Shown: piece by piece, positions 55,757 through 63,602 of the stretch | Layout of the letters: each line of letters opens with the position of its first letter | Numbering within the stretch: position 1 is the first letter of the stretch | From: a virus | Lineage: Duplodnaviria; Caudoviricetes | Length of the DNA: 64,000 bases | Reading direction: 5' to 3' (one strand) | IMG/VR virus record: IMGVR_UViG_2597490064_000001 | Span: 5,421-69,420 of that record | The notes under the pieces: generated by a model | Told to the model about the DNA's origin: nothing | What the model saw: the letters and a program-made list of their open reading frames with translations, nothing else | The model's database searches: none | Position numbers and translations under genes: made by a program

Positions 55757-56053
55757 GTGTCTTCCAAGGTGAAAATGGTAAGTAACATTGCAGGGCAAAA
55801 TCATCCTGCAATGCTCAACCCTCCCAAGCCTGTAGAAAGTCTTCCATCGCTGGAGTACAATGGCGTGGAAATCATCTGCCGCATTCATCACGGCTTTTCG
55901 ATGCCATCCAAAGGCCCTATTCCTGCAGCTCGCTATCTGTATGGTGCCGTGAGCCCCGAAGGCGAACGGCATTGGCGGCGCAGTCTTAACGATATTCAAT
56001 CCCTTATCGACGCCGGCTTTAAGCTAGAAGGTGCAACGCAAGGGAAAGCGTGA
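55757..56053 (+). CDS. Hypothetical protein
   Basis: 98 aa ORF; GTGA-coupled to the next gene. Confidence 0.55.
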   Translation: MSSKVKMVSNIAGQNHPAMLNPPKPVESLPSLEYNGVEIICRIHHGFSMPSKGPIPAARYLYGAVSPEGERHWRRSLNDIQSLIDAGFKLEGATQGKA

Positions 56054-56241
56054 CGCACAATAATGTCCTATCCGATGCGGAATGGGCTGAAATGGACTCG
56101 ATACGGAGGGCCATTAAAGATGGCCCTCCTAGTGTCGCTGCTCAGAAAATGGAAAGGTTCACCGAATTGTTCGTGCGGACCTTGCCATATGAAGGCGATA
56201 CAATTGCGGCAACGCTAAACAGAACGAATGGCTCAGCCTGA
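56050..56241 (+). CDS. Hypothetical protein
   Basis: EWAEM...PPSV...MERFTEL motif. Confidence 0.55.
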   Translation: MTHNNVLSDAEWAEMDSIRRAIKDGPPSVAAQKMERFTELFVRTLPYEGDTIAATLNRTNGSA

Positions 56242-56959
56242 AATTGTCTTCAAAGATAAAGAAGAAGGCCTGCGCTATGCATTGAAAATTTTGACAGATG
56301 CTGGCCTCACGCCAGAGGAGATCGAGCGCGTTCGTGCGAAAAACAAGCCTGGCGTGAACATGGCCAAAGACCTTATCGGCCTGCGTCGATATATGGTCCA
56401 GGAGCTGTTAGCGGCCAATATGAGCAACCGTCAAATTGCTGATGCATTGCAGCTCAGCAAAGAGACGGTGAATGCTGACCGTCATCATGCTCGCCAGCTC
56501 TATACGGAAAAGCTTCTGCAAAGCGCAGACGTGCATCGAGCACGTCTGCTGAAAGAGCAAATGGACTTAAAAGAAAAGGCCATGGAGGCCTTTGAGCACA
56601 GCAAACGCAAGAAGGTGACCACTATTCAAGATGGTGACGATGGTAAGGGCGGCACCATGATCAAGGTGGAAGAAAGTGCCGGAGAGCATGGCTTCCTGAA
56701 CGTGGCGAAGAATGCCCTAGTGGAGCAGGCTAAGCTCCTGGGCTTGCACGAACTCAAGCGTGAAGAGCAGCAAGACAAGACCTACCAGCAGTTCTTGAAG
56801 GACTTGACCGTCACCATTGATAAAGAGAAGAAGCTCAGTGAAGACACTGCCATGAAGGAAGGTGCAGTGGAAGTCGAAGCTGTAGACGCAAGTGAGAATG
56901 ATGAGGCGCGTGATGTAGCAGAGCGCACGCGATTCCTTCAAAGTTCAGAAAGTCTTTAG
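56228..56959 (+). CDS. HTH protein, possibly terminase small subunit
   Basis: RR..VQELL...MSNRQIADALQLSKETVNAD; AKLLGL motif common in TerS-like proteins. Confidence 0.5.
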   Translation: MAQPEIVFKDKEEGLRYALKILTDAGLTPEEIERVRAKNKPGVNMAKDLIGLRRYMVQELLAANMSNRQIADALQLSKETVNADRHHARQLYTEKLLQSADVHRARLLKEQMDLKEKAMEAFEHSKRKKVTTIQDGDDGKGGTMIKVEESAGEHGFLNVAKNALVEQAKLLGLHELKREEQQDKTYQQFLKDLTVTIDKEKKLSEDTAMKEGAVEVEAVDASENDEARDVAERTRFLQSSESL

Positions 56960-57018
56960 CCCCGGCAGTTGACGCACTTCGTTATCGTCGGCAAGATACA
57001 AGCGTTGCTCACCTCCCA

Positions 57019-57456
57019 TTGTCTTTCTCTTTCAACAGCGTCGACGACTTCCTGCGCAAAGCCAGTGAAGCCAAGAGTGAGCAACGGGCGGAAGCTAACG
57101 CCTGGGCTCAAGACTTCCTTAATGATCCCCATACCATTGGCGTGCCAGTGGAGATGGCCGACACCATCGGCACTCTCCTGGAAAAGCACGGCGATGAGCC
57201 CCTCCGGCAGATCGCCTTGTTCTGTCTTGGTAAGTGGTATGGCATCCACGCTGGTGTCATTCAAGAAATGATCGTCACGGAAGACACCGCAGCCTCCATT
57301 GCTGGTGCAATGGACGCCGCTCGCATTAGTGGCGCCATTCAGCTTCTAGAAGGCGTGGGCAGCTTTGGTGGTGACGATTCCTGGCGGGAGATGCTCAAGG
57401 AGAGCATCATTTCAGAAGTGGATGAGCACAATGCCAGGGAGGGTAACGATGGTTGA
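57019..57456 (+). CDS. Hypothetical protein
   Basis: 145 aa ORF with strong codon bias. Confidence 0.55.
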   Translation: MSFSFNSVDDFLRKASEAKSEQRAEANAWAQDFLNDPHTIGVPVEMADTIGTLLEKHGDEPLRQIALFCLGKWYGIHAGVIQEMIVTEDTAASIAGAMDAARISGAIQLLEGVGSFGGDDSWREMLKESIISEVDEHNAREGNDG

Positions 57457-57784
57457 CATGCCTAATGCCATGAATGCCTATCTCATCACTACTAGCCGTG
57501 ACGAGATGATTTCCCTCATGGCACCTAGTGAATGGCTGGCACGTCAGCTCTTCATGAAGTATTTTCCTCGCAAACGCATTTCAACAGTGACGGAATGGCC
57601 TTCTGACATTCCTTGCGCTGTTCCTCCCATCGAATGATCCTTCCCACATTTCGACTCACTACCAGCCATGCAGGAGGCATCTTCCAACTCGGTCCTGTCA
57701 CCATCGAATGGGCCAACACCATCCCAGAAGGCAGCCAGCTCATGGGGCAGCCCTGTTGGGGCTGGACCACAGTCATATTCCCAA

Positions 57785-58219
57785 ATGACGTTTGGTTTTT
57801 CGGAAAATAAAGCGCCTGATGGGCGGCAAGCATATATATGCATTCCACCGGCTCTGGCGCAGGAAGTGATGGCCAAAAGCCAAGAAAGTCCTCCGCCGCA
57901 TCCTGTATGGTCGAAGGTGCAGCAGCGTAGTCGTTACTACATTGTTACGGCTACGTCTCTAGACGATCTCACTGAGATTGCCGACTTTGCTCGCGTGGAG
58001 CTGGAGGAGCCTGAAGAGCCGCTCACCAAAGCTCGCCGGCATGCTTTCCAGACCCTGCTTGGCCGCGCCCATCGCTACGCCATACTGGAACCACTGGGTG
58101 ACTGCCATTGCTTGGCCACGGCATGGCGTGATCAGCCCCTGAAGGGAGCCAAGGCCTCGTCTCGCATTGTGCGTGAACTTCGTGACGCAAAGCGCACCAG
58201 GGGGTTGACGCTCTGGTGA
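57785..58219 (+). CDS. Hypothetical protein
   Basis: ATG 57785, within track ORF 57668..58219. Confidence 0.5.
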   Translation: MTFGFSENKAPDGRQAYICIPPALAQEVMAKSQESPPPHPVWSKVQQRSRYYIVTATSLDDLTEIADFARVELEEPEEPLTKARRHAFQTLLGRAHRYAILEPLGDCHCLATAWRDQPLKGAKASSRIVRELRDAKRTRGLTLW

Positions 58220-58255
58220 AAAGGCGGCATCATGCCGCCAAGGGACGCGAGTCCC
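58205..58255 (+). promoter_or_regulatory. Sigma70-type promoter plus GCGA-tetraloop hairpin
   Basis: TTGACG-17-CATCAT; GGGAC-GCGA-GTCCC at 58242-58255. Confidence 0.6.
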
Positions 58256-58274
58256 GCCCATTGCTTCTTAAATC

Positions 58275-58670
58275 ATGCATTCCAAAGTCGTGAGCGTTTC
58301 TGGTCACACCAGCGAGCGTGGTATGTCTGTGTTCGCCAAGAATGTTCTTGGCAATACAGTGCCAGTGATGTTCGGTGGTGAGCCCGTCGTTGAAGGCGTG
58401 TTCCGCGTAGACGAGCTGCTCCGCGCCTGCCAGGCTCTTGAAACTGCACTCTGCGCTTTAGAGGGCCAACGCTCAGACGTTGGCCCGTCCGCCATGCTTG
58501 ACAATGCAATCAACGATCTGAACTACCTCCAAGTGCGCCTGGACTCATTGGTGCAGGCCAGTGCTGTAATGCACGGTTCAGTGGTGGAATGCATGGCCGT
58601 GGAAAAGCCCGATCTCATGCAAAGCTATCTCAGTGCTTTTGCAAAGGCAGTGGGTCAAGGAGAAGTGTGA
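58275..58670 (+). CDS. Hypothetical protein
   Basis: 131 aa ORF after the promoter module. Confidence 0.55.
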   Translation: MHSKVVSVSGHTSERGMSVFAKNVLGNTVPVMFGGEPVVEGVFRVDELLRACQALETALCALEGQRSDVGPSAMLDNAINDLNYLQVRLDSLVQASAVMHGSVVECMAVEKPDLMQSYLSAFAKAVGQGEV

Positions 58671-58672
58671 CA

Positions 58673-58828
58673 ATGGATAGAGAACTGATGGAATGGACAA
58701 TGAAGCCTTCTGAATTCTTTGAAGAGATGGCCTATCGCATGCGACGCCTGGAAAAGCGCCTGGCCAAACTCAAGAAGACTGAAGAAGAACTCATTCTTGA
58801 ACGCTACCGCCAAGCCACTTCTATTTAA
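58673..58828 (+). CDS. Small coiled-coil protein
   Basis: ATG 58673; followed by a terminator. Confidence 0.5.
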   Translation: MDRELMEWTMKPSEFFEEMAYRMRRLEKRLAKLKKTEEELILERYRQATSI

Positions 58829-59034
58829 CCATCGGCCCCATCAGGGGCCTTTTTCATGCGGCAATGTTGACGCCCTTCTTTGCCTTTAGCTTGCGCCCAG
58901 GTGGAATCGTTCGGTAGCGGCTCGGTGCCATATTCAAAGGTGTCGTAGTCTTCTTCATTGCGAGGGTCATATACCACTCCCATGCGCAGCCATTTTGCGA
59001 GGCGTTCCTTTTCCTGCTCTGGTGAAAGCTTCAT
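58825..59034 (-). CDS. Hypothetical protein
   Basis: MKLSPEQEKERLAKWL...YGTEPLP.D..W. Confidence 0.5.
   Translation of the reverse strand: MKLSPEQEKERLAKWLRMGVVYDPRNEEDYDTFEYGTEPLPNDSTWAQAKGKEGRQHCRMKKAPDGADG
58834..58855 (+). terminator. Intrinsic terminator
   Basis: GGCCCC-ATCA-GGGGCC-TTTTT. Confidence 0.7.
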
Positions 59035-59083
59035 GCCAGATCCGGCCAATGCTGTATAGAGACTAGCTAGGTATGTATCAATG

Positions 59084-59111
59084 AAAAAGGCGGGCCTTAA
59101 AGCCCGCCTTT
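59084..59111. terminator. Bidirectional intrinsic terminator
   Basis: AAAAAGGCGGGC-CTTAAA-GCCCGCCTTT. Confidence 0.85.
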
Positions 59112-59308
59112 CTTAATGGTTGTGGCCTCCGATGAGCAATTTTACCTACGAGAGCAAGGCTCAACCGTAGGGACAGTGCGCTCCTGGGGTCCATGCGATA
59201 CCCCGGCTAGCTCCAACAAGAACATCGCCCACACTGTCTCGCCCGTCCACCCTTACGGCTCGCCACGGATGACGAGGGAAGCGGTTAAACCTCCAGGACC
59301 GACCACTC
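59112..59308 (-). ncRNA. Candidate free-standing structured ncRNA (~200 nt plus terminator)
   Basis: Extended -10 TG-C-TACTAT (59321-59313), multiple helices with G-U pairs valid only on the minus strand, a UCCG tetraloop, and a downstream terminator. Confidence 0.7.
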
Positions 59309-59450
59309 AGAAATAGTAGCACCAGCAACACCATGCTGCCCTCTACACCAATTCTTAAGAAATTCACGGGCCAGACGGAAAATAGGGCACAATGGTGGAA
59401 CTGCAAAGCCGGCGACGGCCTGCAGCTCCTGGAGCTACTCTCTTTTTCTG

Positions 59451-59807
59451 ATGCTTCGATTTCTGTCTTCTCTCCTGCTGCTGGGCACCATTGCACCATC
59501 CGCCCAGGCAGCAGCATTTCAATGCGGCCAAGCAAGCCACTACGGCATTGGTGATGGCTACCACGGGCAGCGAACTGCCTCTGGCCAACGCTTTGATGCT
59601 TATGGCATGACCGCCGCCCATCCGTCGCTACCACTGGGCTCTCGCGTGGTTGTGAAGAACCGTGACAATGGCCGCACCGTGTTGGTGACCATCAATGATC
59701 GCGGTCCTTACGCTGGTGGCCGCGTGCTCGATCTGTCCTACGGCAGCTTCTCTCGCATTGCTCCGCCCGGCCAGGGCGTAGCCAACGTCTGCATCTCCCG
59801 AGCCTGA
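59451..59807 (+). CDS. rlpA: RlpA-family DPBB lytic transglycosylase
   Basis: Signal peptide; GQASHYG...TASGQRFD...TAAHPSLPLGS...V.INDRGPY...R.LDLS. Confidence 0.9.
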   Translation: MLRFLSSLLLLGTIAPSAQAAAFQCGQASHYGIGDGYHGQRTASGQRFDAYGMTAAHPSLPLGSRVVVKNRDNGRTVLVTINDRGPYAGGRVLDLSYGSFSRIAPPGQGVANVCISRA

Positions 59808-59831
59808 TTAGCTCACCCTCCTCCTGGAACC

Positions 59832-60011
59832 ATGCTTGACCGCCTCGCTTCTCTCAGCTTCCTGCTCACCGTTTGTGGCTTGGGCTTCTTCACCCTGATT
59901 GCTGCTCCACAAGTGCAGCCCAATCACGCAGGCCTGGCCAAGTGCCAGGAGCTTCATCCCGTTCGCTATTCCCGAATAGCGAATGGCTTCCCCGTGGAGC
60001 CCCTGCGCTGA
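59832..60011 (+). CDS. Small membrane protein
   Basis: Below the track cutoff: MLDRLASLSFLLTVCGLGFFTLIAAP...CQELHPVRY. Confidence 0.55.
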   Translation: MLDRLASLSFLLTVCGLGFFTLIAAPQVQPNHAGLAKCQELHPVRYSRIANGFPVEPLR

Positions 60012-60036
60012 TACGCTGCCCCTGGAATGTTCAGAC

Positions 60037-60092
60037 AAGGCCCTTGACAGGGCCTTTTTCATGCTCTACCATTCCGACAAGCCCGCGAGGGT
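60037..60092 (+). promoter_or_regulatory. Terminator-overlapped sigma70 promoter plus GCGA hairpin
   Basis: TTGACA (60044-49)-17-TACCAT with the -35 inside hairpin AAGGCCCT-TGAC-AGGGCCTT; GCCC-GCGA-GGGT at 60081-92. Confidence 0.75.
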
Positions 60093-60110
60093 GACCTTTC
60101 CTTAGTCGCC

Positions 60111-60506
60111 ATGACAGTCTCTTCCCACTTCCGCGTCAGTAAGAAGGCTCAAGATGCCCTGGGCATCACCGTGCTGAACGTCCTCCAGCACTGCGTGGTC
60201 ATCCGCACTGAGCGTGGCCCTCGCTTTATGAGCCGTAAGGTGTTCGATTTCTGGGAGGCCAAGCAGCGTGCCCACAAGGCACGCGGGTGCCATGCTCGAT
60301 ATATCGCCAACAATGTGTGGATGGTGCTCGATCCCACCACCAACACCGACGCTCACACCGTCATCCGCACTGGCGCTTACGCCAAGGGCATTGAAGGTAA
60401 GTGGAGCTGCACCTGCACTGATGCCCACTTCATGATGGAACGTGGCCAGGAGCCCTGCTGCAAGCACATTCTTGCAGCTCACATGCAACTCAACATCGGC
60501 TCATGA
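60111..60506 (+). CDS. SWIM zinc-finger protein
   Basis: WSCTCTD...CCKHILA (CxC...CxH). Confidence 0.75.
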   Translation: MTVSSHFRVSKKAQDALGITVLNVLQHCVVIRTERGPRFMSRKVFDFWEAKQRAHKARGCHARYIANNVWMVLDPTTNTDAHTVIRTGAYAKGIEGKWSCTCTDAHFMMERGQEPCCKHILAAHMQLNIGS

Positions 60507-60674
60507 ACGACCCTTATTTCCCTGCATTGGATTCCCTTGAGGACAGGCTCGGTGACGCACTGGGCCTGGCCATTGGCCTCATCCGTCACCCCGAAAAGCT
60601 GGACAATCGCACGATGGCCACCATCGAGGGTGCTTTTGCTCAATGGTGCGACAAGCAAATCAGTGAAATGGCTA

Positions 60675-60893
60675 ATGATTGAAGAATACAAGCGCTCTTG
60701 TAAATTCACCGCTCTGAAGCCCTTCGACTACTTCGCTAAAGAGGGCCATTTCATGGAACTCTCGGAGTGGTACAACGGAGAGGGCTTCGACCTTCACGTT
60801 GAATCAAGCAATGGCGCACAACGCCTTTCCCTCTCCTGGGGAGAATGGAAGGCCATGCAGGCCCTGGTCGGCAATGATGAAGAAGAGGACTAA
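60675..60893 (+). CDS. Hypothetical protein
   Basis: FMELSEWYNGEGFD motif. Confidence 0.55.
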   Translation: MIEEYKRSCKFTALKPFDYFAKEGHFMELSEWYNGEGFDLHVESSNGAQRLSLSWGEWKAMQALVGNDEEED

Positions 60894-61014
60894 GGCCGCC
60901 ATTCAGGGGCGGCCCCGCCTGAGACAGACCAGGCTTCACGAGGCCTGGTCGTAACGACGCTCTATCGCCGGTAACGCCCCATGAAGAAATCAATGGGCTC
61001 CATCACCATAGTCA

Positions 61015-61227
61015 ATGGCTAAGTTCCCCGTAGGCACCGTCGTCGATCTCTACGACTTCGGCTTTCGGCAATGGCGAGGCGAATATATCGTCATCAAAAT
61101 CCCAGAGGGTGAGCGCCCTCTCTACAGAATCCGCAACACCAAGACCAATAGCCAACAATGGGTGAAGGAGACTGCCCTGCGCGTTGGCCGCCTGGGACCG
61201 TTCCGCATTGAAAGCTTGCAGCCCTGA
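61015..61227 (+). CDS. Small SH3-like protein
   Basis: FPVGTVV...Y.IR...WVKE..L. Confidence 0.55.
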   Translation: MAKFPVGTVVDLYDFGFRQWRGEYIVIKIPEGERPLYRIRNTKTNSQQWVKETALRVGRLGPFRIESLQP

Positions 61228-61272
61228 GCGCCATGGTGTAGGATTCTGGGCATCGGAGCCGGAGACGGTTCC
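61216..61272 (+). promoter_or_regulatory. Promoter plus GAGA-tetraloop hairpin
   Basis: TTGCAG-17-TAGGAT; GGAGCCG-GAGA-CGGTTCC. Confidence 0.65.
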
Positions 61273-61288
61273 TCAAGCCTGAACCACC

Positions 61289-61654
61289 ATGATCACCACC
61301 TTCAAAACCACCTGCGTTTGCCCCAACTGCGACGGCAAGGGCAAGCTGCCTCACTACAGCCACATCGCTAACGGCGACTGCTTTGCCTGCGGCGGCACCG
61401 GCACCCTCAAGATCACTGAATTCATCGGCGACAACTCCGACGTGATCCTGGAAGTGAGCACCCGCAATGGCCAGTTTGACAATGCTTGCCTGCGCTGCCG
61501 CACCTGGAAAAACGACAAAGCCGGCGATGGCAAGGTGTATCACAACTGGGGCAAGGACAAGTGGTGCCGTGAAATCCTCGATGCCGATGAGGCTCGTGAG
61601 CTGTGGCGCAATGCCAAGGCCAACGGCATCAAGACAAGCCTCTGGGAATATTGA
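61289..61654 (+). CDS. DnaJ-type zinc-finger protein
   Basis: CPNCDGKG...Y.HI.NG.CFACGGTG. Confidence 0.7.
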   Translation: MITTFKTTCVCPNCDGKGKLPHYSHIANGDCFACGGTGTLKITEFIGDNSDVILEVSTRNGQFDNACLRCRTWKNDKAGDGKVYHNWGKDKWCREILDADEARELWRNAKANGIKTSLWEY

Positions 61655-61700
61655 GAAGTGTGAAGCAAGAAGCGGAGCCACCAAGGCTCCGCCCTTCTTC

Positions 61701-61732
61701 TGGTATATTGGTTCCAAGGCCGGCGACGGTCT
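61701..61732 (+). promoter_or_regulatory. Extended -10 promoter plus GCGA hairpin
   Basis: TG-G-TATATT; AGGCCG-GCGA-CGGTCT. Confidence 0.7.
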
Positions 61733-61749
61733 CAAATTGCCTGATCACC

Positions 61750-62127
61750 ATGACAGTTCATGTGCCCTTTGGGCCTGCTCGGCTCAAGCCAGACTACGAA
61801 GCTGGCCACATCCGCCGTAAGGATGCTTGGCTGCAAGGGAAGTACCGACTCTTCAATCGACGCTACTTTGAAGGCCGTCTTCCTGATTGGCCCTGTTATT
61901 TCCGAGGCATCAAGAATTCTGGCACTAATGGCATGTATTGGTTTCGCCGAGGCATCACAATCAATCCTTACAACGAAGAAACACGTATTCTTGCGGTTTT
62001 GCTTCACGAAATGGTGCATGCAGAACAAGCCATGGATAGGCGTCCTGTTGATCACGGGCGTTGGTTCAAATCGCGCATGCGAGAGCTGACAGTCTTTACC
62101 AAAGGGCGCTACGGAAAGCTTTCGTAA
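61750..62127 (+). CDS. SprT-like zinc metalloprotease
   Basis: FNRRYF.G.LP, VLLHEMVH (HExxH), HG..FK..M. Confidence 0.8.
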   Translation: MTVHVPFGPARLKPDYEAGHIRRKDAWLQGKYRLFNRRYFEGRLPDWPCYFRGIKNSGTNGMYWFRRGITINPYNEETRILAVLLHEMVHAEQAMDRRPVDHGRWFKSRMRELTVFTKGRYGKLS

Positions 62128-62132
62128 CAATT

Positions 62133-62183
62133 GGGGGCTTCGGCCCCTGCTGGTGTATAGTTCTCTCACGGCCGGCGACGGTC
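62133..62183 (+). promoter_or_regulatory. Hairpin, -10 TATAGT and GCGA hairpin
   Basis: GGGGC-TTCG-GCCCC; TGGTGTATAGT; GGCCG-GCGA-CGGTC. Confidence 0.7.
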
Positions 62184-62200
62184 CCAATTGCCTAGTCACC

Positions 62201-62587
62201 ATGACCTCCATCGCTCCTCCCCTCCAGGGCACCCAGCTTCAGCCCGGCACCATCCTTTGCGGCTCCTGGGGCTACAGCATGACCATCGTGGATTTCTACG
62301 TCGTGGTCAAATGCACCGAGAAGACCGCCTGGGTGCAGCAAATCCAAGCCCATGAAGTGGATCATGGTCCTGCTGGTGGTCACGCCGTTCCTGAGCTGAC
62401 TCGGAAGCCTGCTCTGGTGTTTCAGAACCGTGAAGACGGACAGGGTGGTGAAATGGTGCAAGCCCCCATCAAGATGTTCCGCATCCGCAAGGACAACGAC
62501 GGCACGGAGTGGCTCTGGAACAGCAAGTTCAAATGCAGCCTCCGCATCTGGAACGGCCAGCACGTCTACAGCAACCACTGGGACTGA
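62201..62587 (+). CDS. Hypothetical early protein
   Basis: G.IL..SWGY.MT.VDFY.VV motif. Confidence 0.6.
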   Translation: MTSIAPPLQGTQLQPGTILCGSWGYSMTIVDFYVVVKCTEKTAWVQQIQAHEVDHGPAGGHAVPELTRKPALVFQNREDGQGGEMVQAPIKMFRIRKDNDGTEWLWNSKFKCSLRIWNGQHVYSNHWD

Positions 62588-62764
62588 CCATGGAAGAACC
62601 AAACAAGGCAAGCTCGCGCATGAGCCCTTCAAATAGAGAATTCACGAATTCAATGGGCGGATACGGCCTTCTCGTTCAACGAAAGAACCCTGGCCGCTAT
62701 GCACGCAGGTTCAAGCAACGACAACAGCAAAAACAAAACCGTCAAACTCCTGAAAGGAAAAACA

Positions 62765-62968
62765 ATGGCTTCCTTTGAAAACCATGGCGACGAAGTGATG
62801 ATCGAACATCGCTTCCGCACTGAGCTTGCCGAGAAATACGCGGCAACTGCTAATCCCGACCCCGACTACCTAGCCAAGCTGCAGCGTGAAGCTGCTTACT
62901 GGCGTGAGCAGTACAACGCATATATCCGCCACATCCGCTCCACCAACACCAGCTATCACCTCGCCTGA
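62765..62968 (+). CDS. Hypothetical early protein
   Basis: ATG 62765. Confidence 0.5.
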   Translation: MASFENHGDEVMIEHRFRTELAEKYAATANPDPDYLAKLQREAAYWREQYNAYIRHIRSTNTSYHLA

Positions 62969-62971
62969 ACC

Positions 62972-63250
62972 ATGAGCCTTCGTACTGTCCACGGCTTCAC
63001 CGTGCCCTCCGTCCATCTCAATGGCACTGGCGCCACCACGCTCCGCGAGGAATACGCTGCTGCCTACGAAGCCCTCAACAAGGCCGTAGAAGCCTTCGTG
63101 AATACCACCTGCAATGCCCGTGATTTCTATGTGCAGGACCAGGGAGCCTTTGATAAGGCCCGCCACGAGCGGGCCGAGGCCCTGGAGCAGCTCAGGAAAA
63201 GCCAGCACTACGTCGGCTCAGTGCTGATGGGCATTTGTGACCAAATGTGA
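62972..63250 (+). CDS. Hypothetical early protein
   Basis: P.VHLNGTG...NARDFYVQ motif. Confidence 0.6.
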   Translation: MSLRTVHGFTVPSVHLNGTGATTLREEYAAAYEALNKAVEAFVNTTCNARDFYVQDQGAFDKARHERAEALEQLRKSQHYVGSVLMGICDQM

Positions 63251-63256
63251 ACACTG

Positions 63257-63323
63257 AAAGCGGGGCTCCCAAGGCCCCGCTTTTTCATGGTGTATAGTTC
63301 TGTCATCGGGCCGGCGACGGTCC
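63257..63323 (+). promoter_or_regulatory. Terminator, -10 TATAGT and GCGA hairpin
   Basis: AAAGCGGGGC...GCCCCGCTTTTT; TGGTGTATAGT; GGGCCG-GCGA-CGGTCC. Confidence 0.72.
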
Positions 63324-63339
63324 CCATTTCTGGAGAACC

Positions 63340-63567
63340 ATGACCTTTTCTGCTGAATTCAAGGAAAACCTGTTGTGGGATGTTGCCCGCTTCATGGTTG
63401 ACAGCAAGCCTGGCGACATTCTTGCCTTGCCTGCCGCTTCATTCCTAGTCAAAGCTCCTGACGGGAGCTTCTCCCTCTCTCGCACCGAACTAGTCTCGTC
63501 TCGCCTGTGGGATCCCACTAGCGACAAGATCGTTTCCACTGTTGAACGCTGGGCTGCAGAAGCCTGA
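63340..63567 (+). CDS. Hypothetical early protein
   Basis: ACCATG start after the promoter module. Confidence 0.55.
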   Translation: MTFSAEFKENLLWDVARFMVDSKPGDILALPAASFLVKAPDGSFSLSRTELVSSRLWDPTSDKIVSTVERWAAEA

Positions 63568-63602
63568 TATATATCCTTCCCCCATCGATATATCCGAGAA
63601 CC

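Noticed and set aside
59112-59308. tRNA or tmRNA
   Set aside because: It has an acceptor-like stem and ACCA, but no GTTCRA T-loop, D-arm or tag reading frame.
61520-61531. Eighth GNRA promoter hairpin (GCCGGCGATGGC)
   Set aside because: Inside a coding sequence (Ala-Gly-Asp-Gly) with no upstream -10; probably chance.
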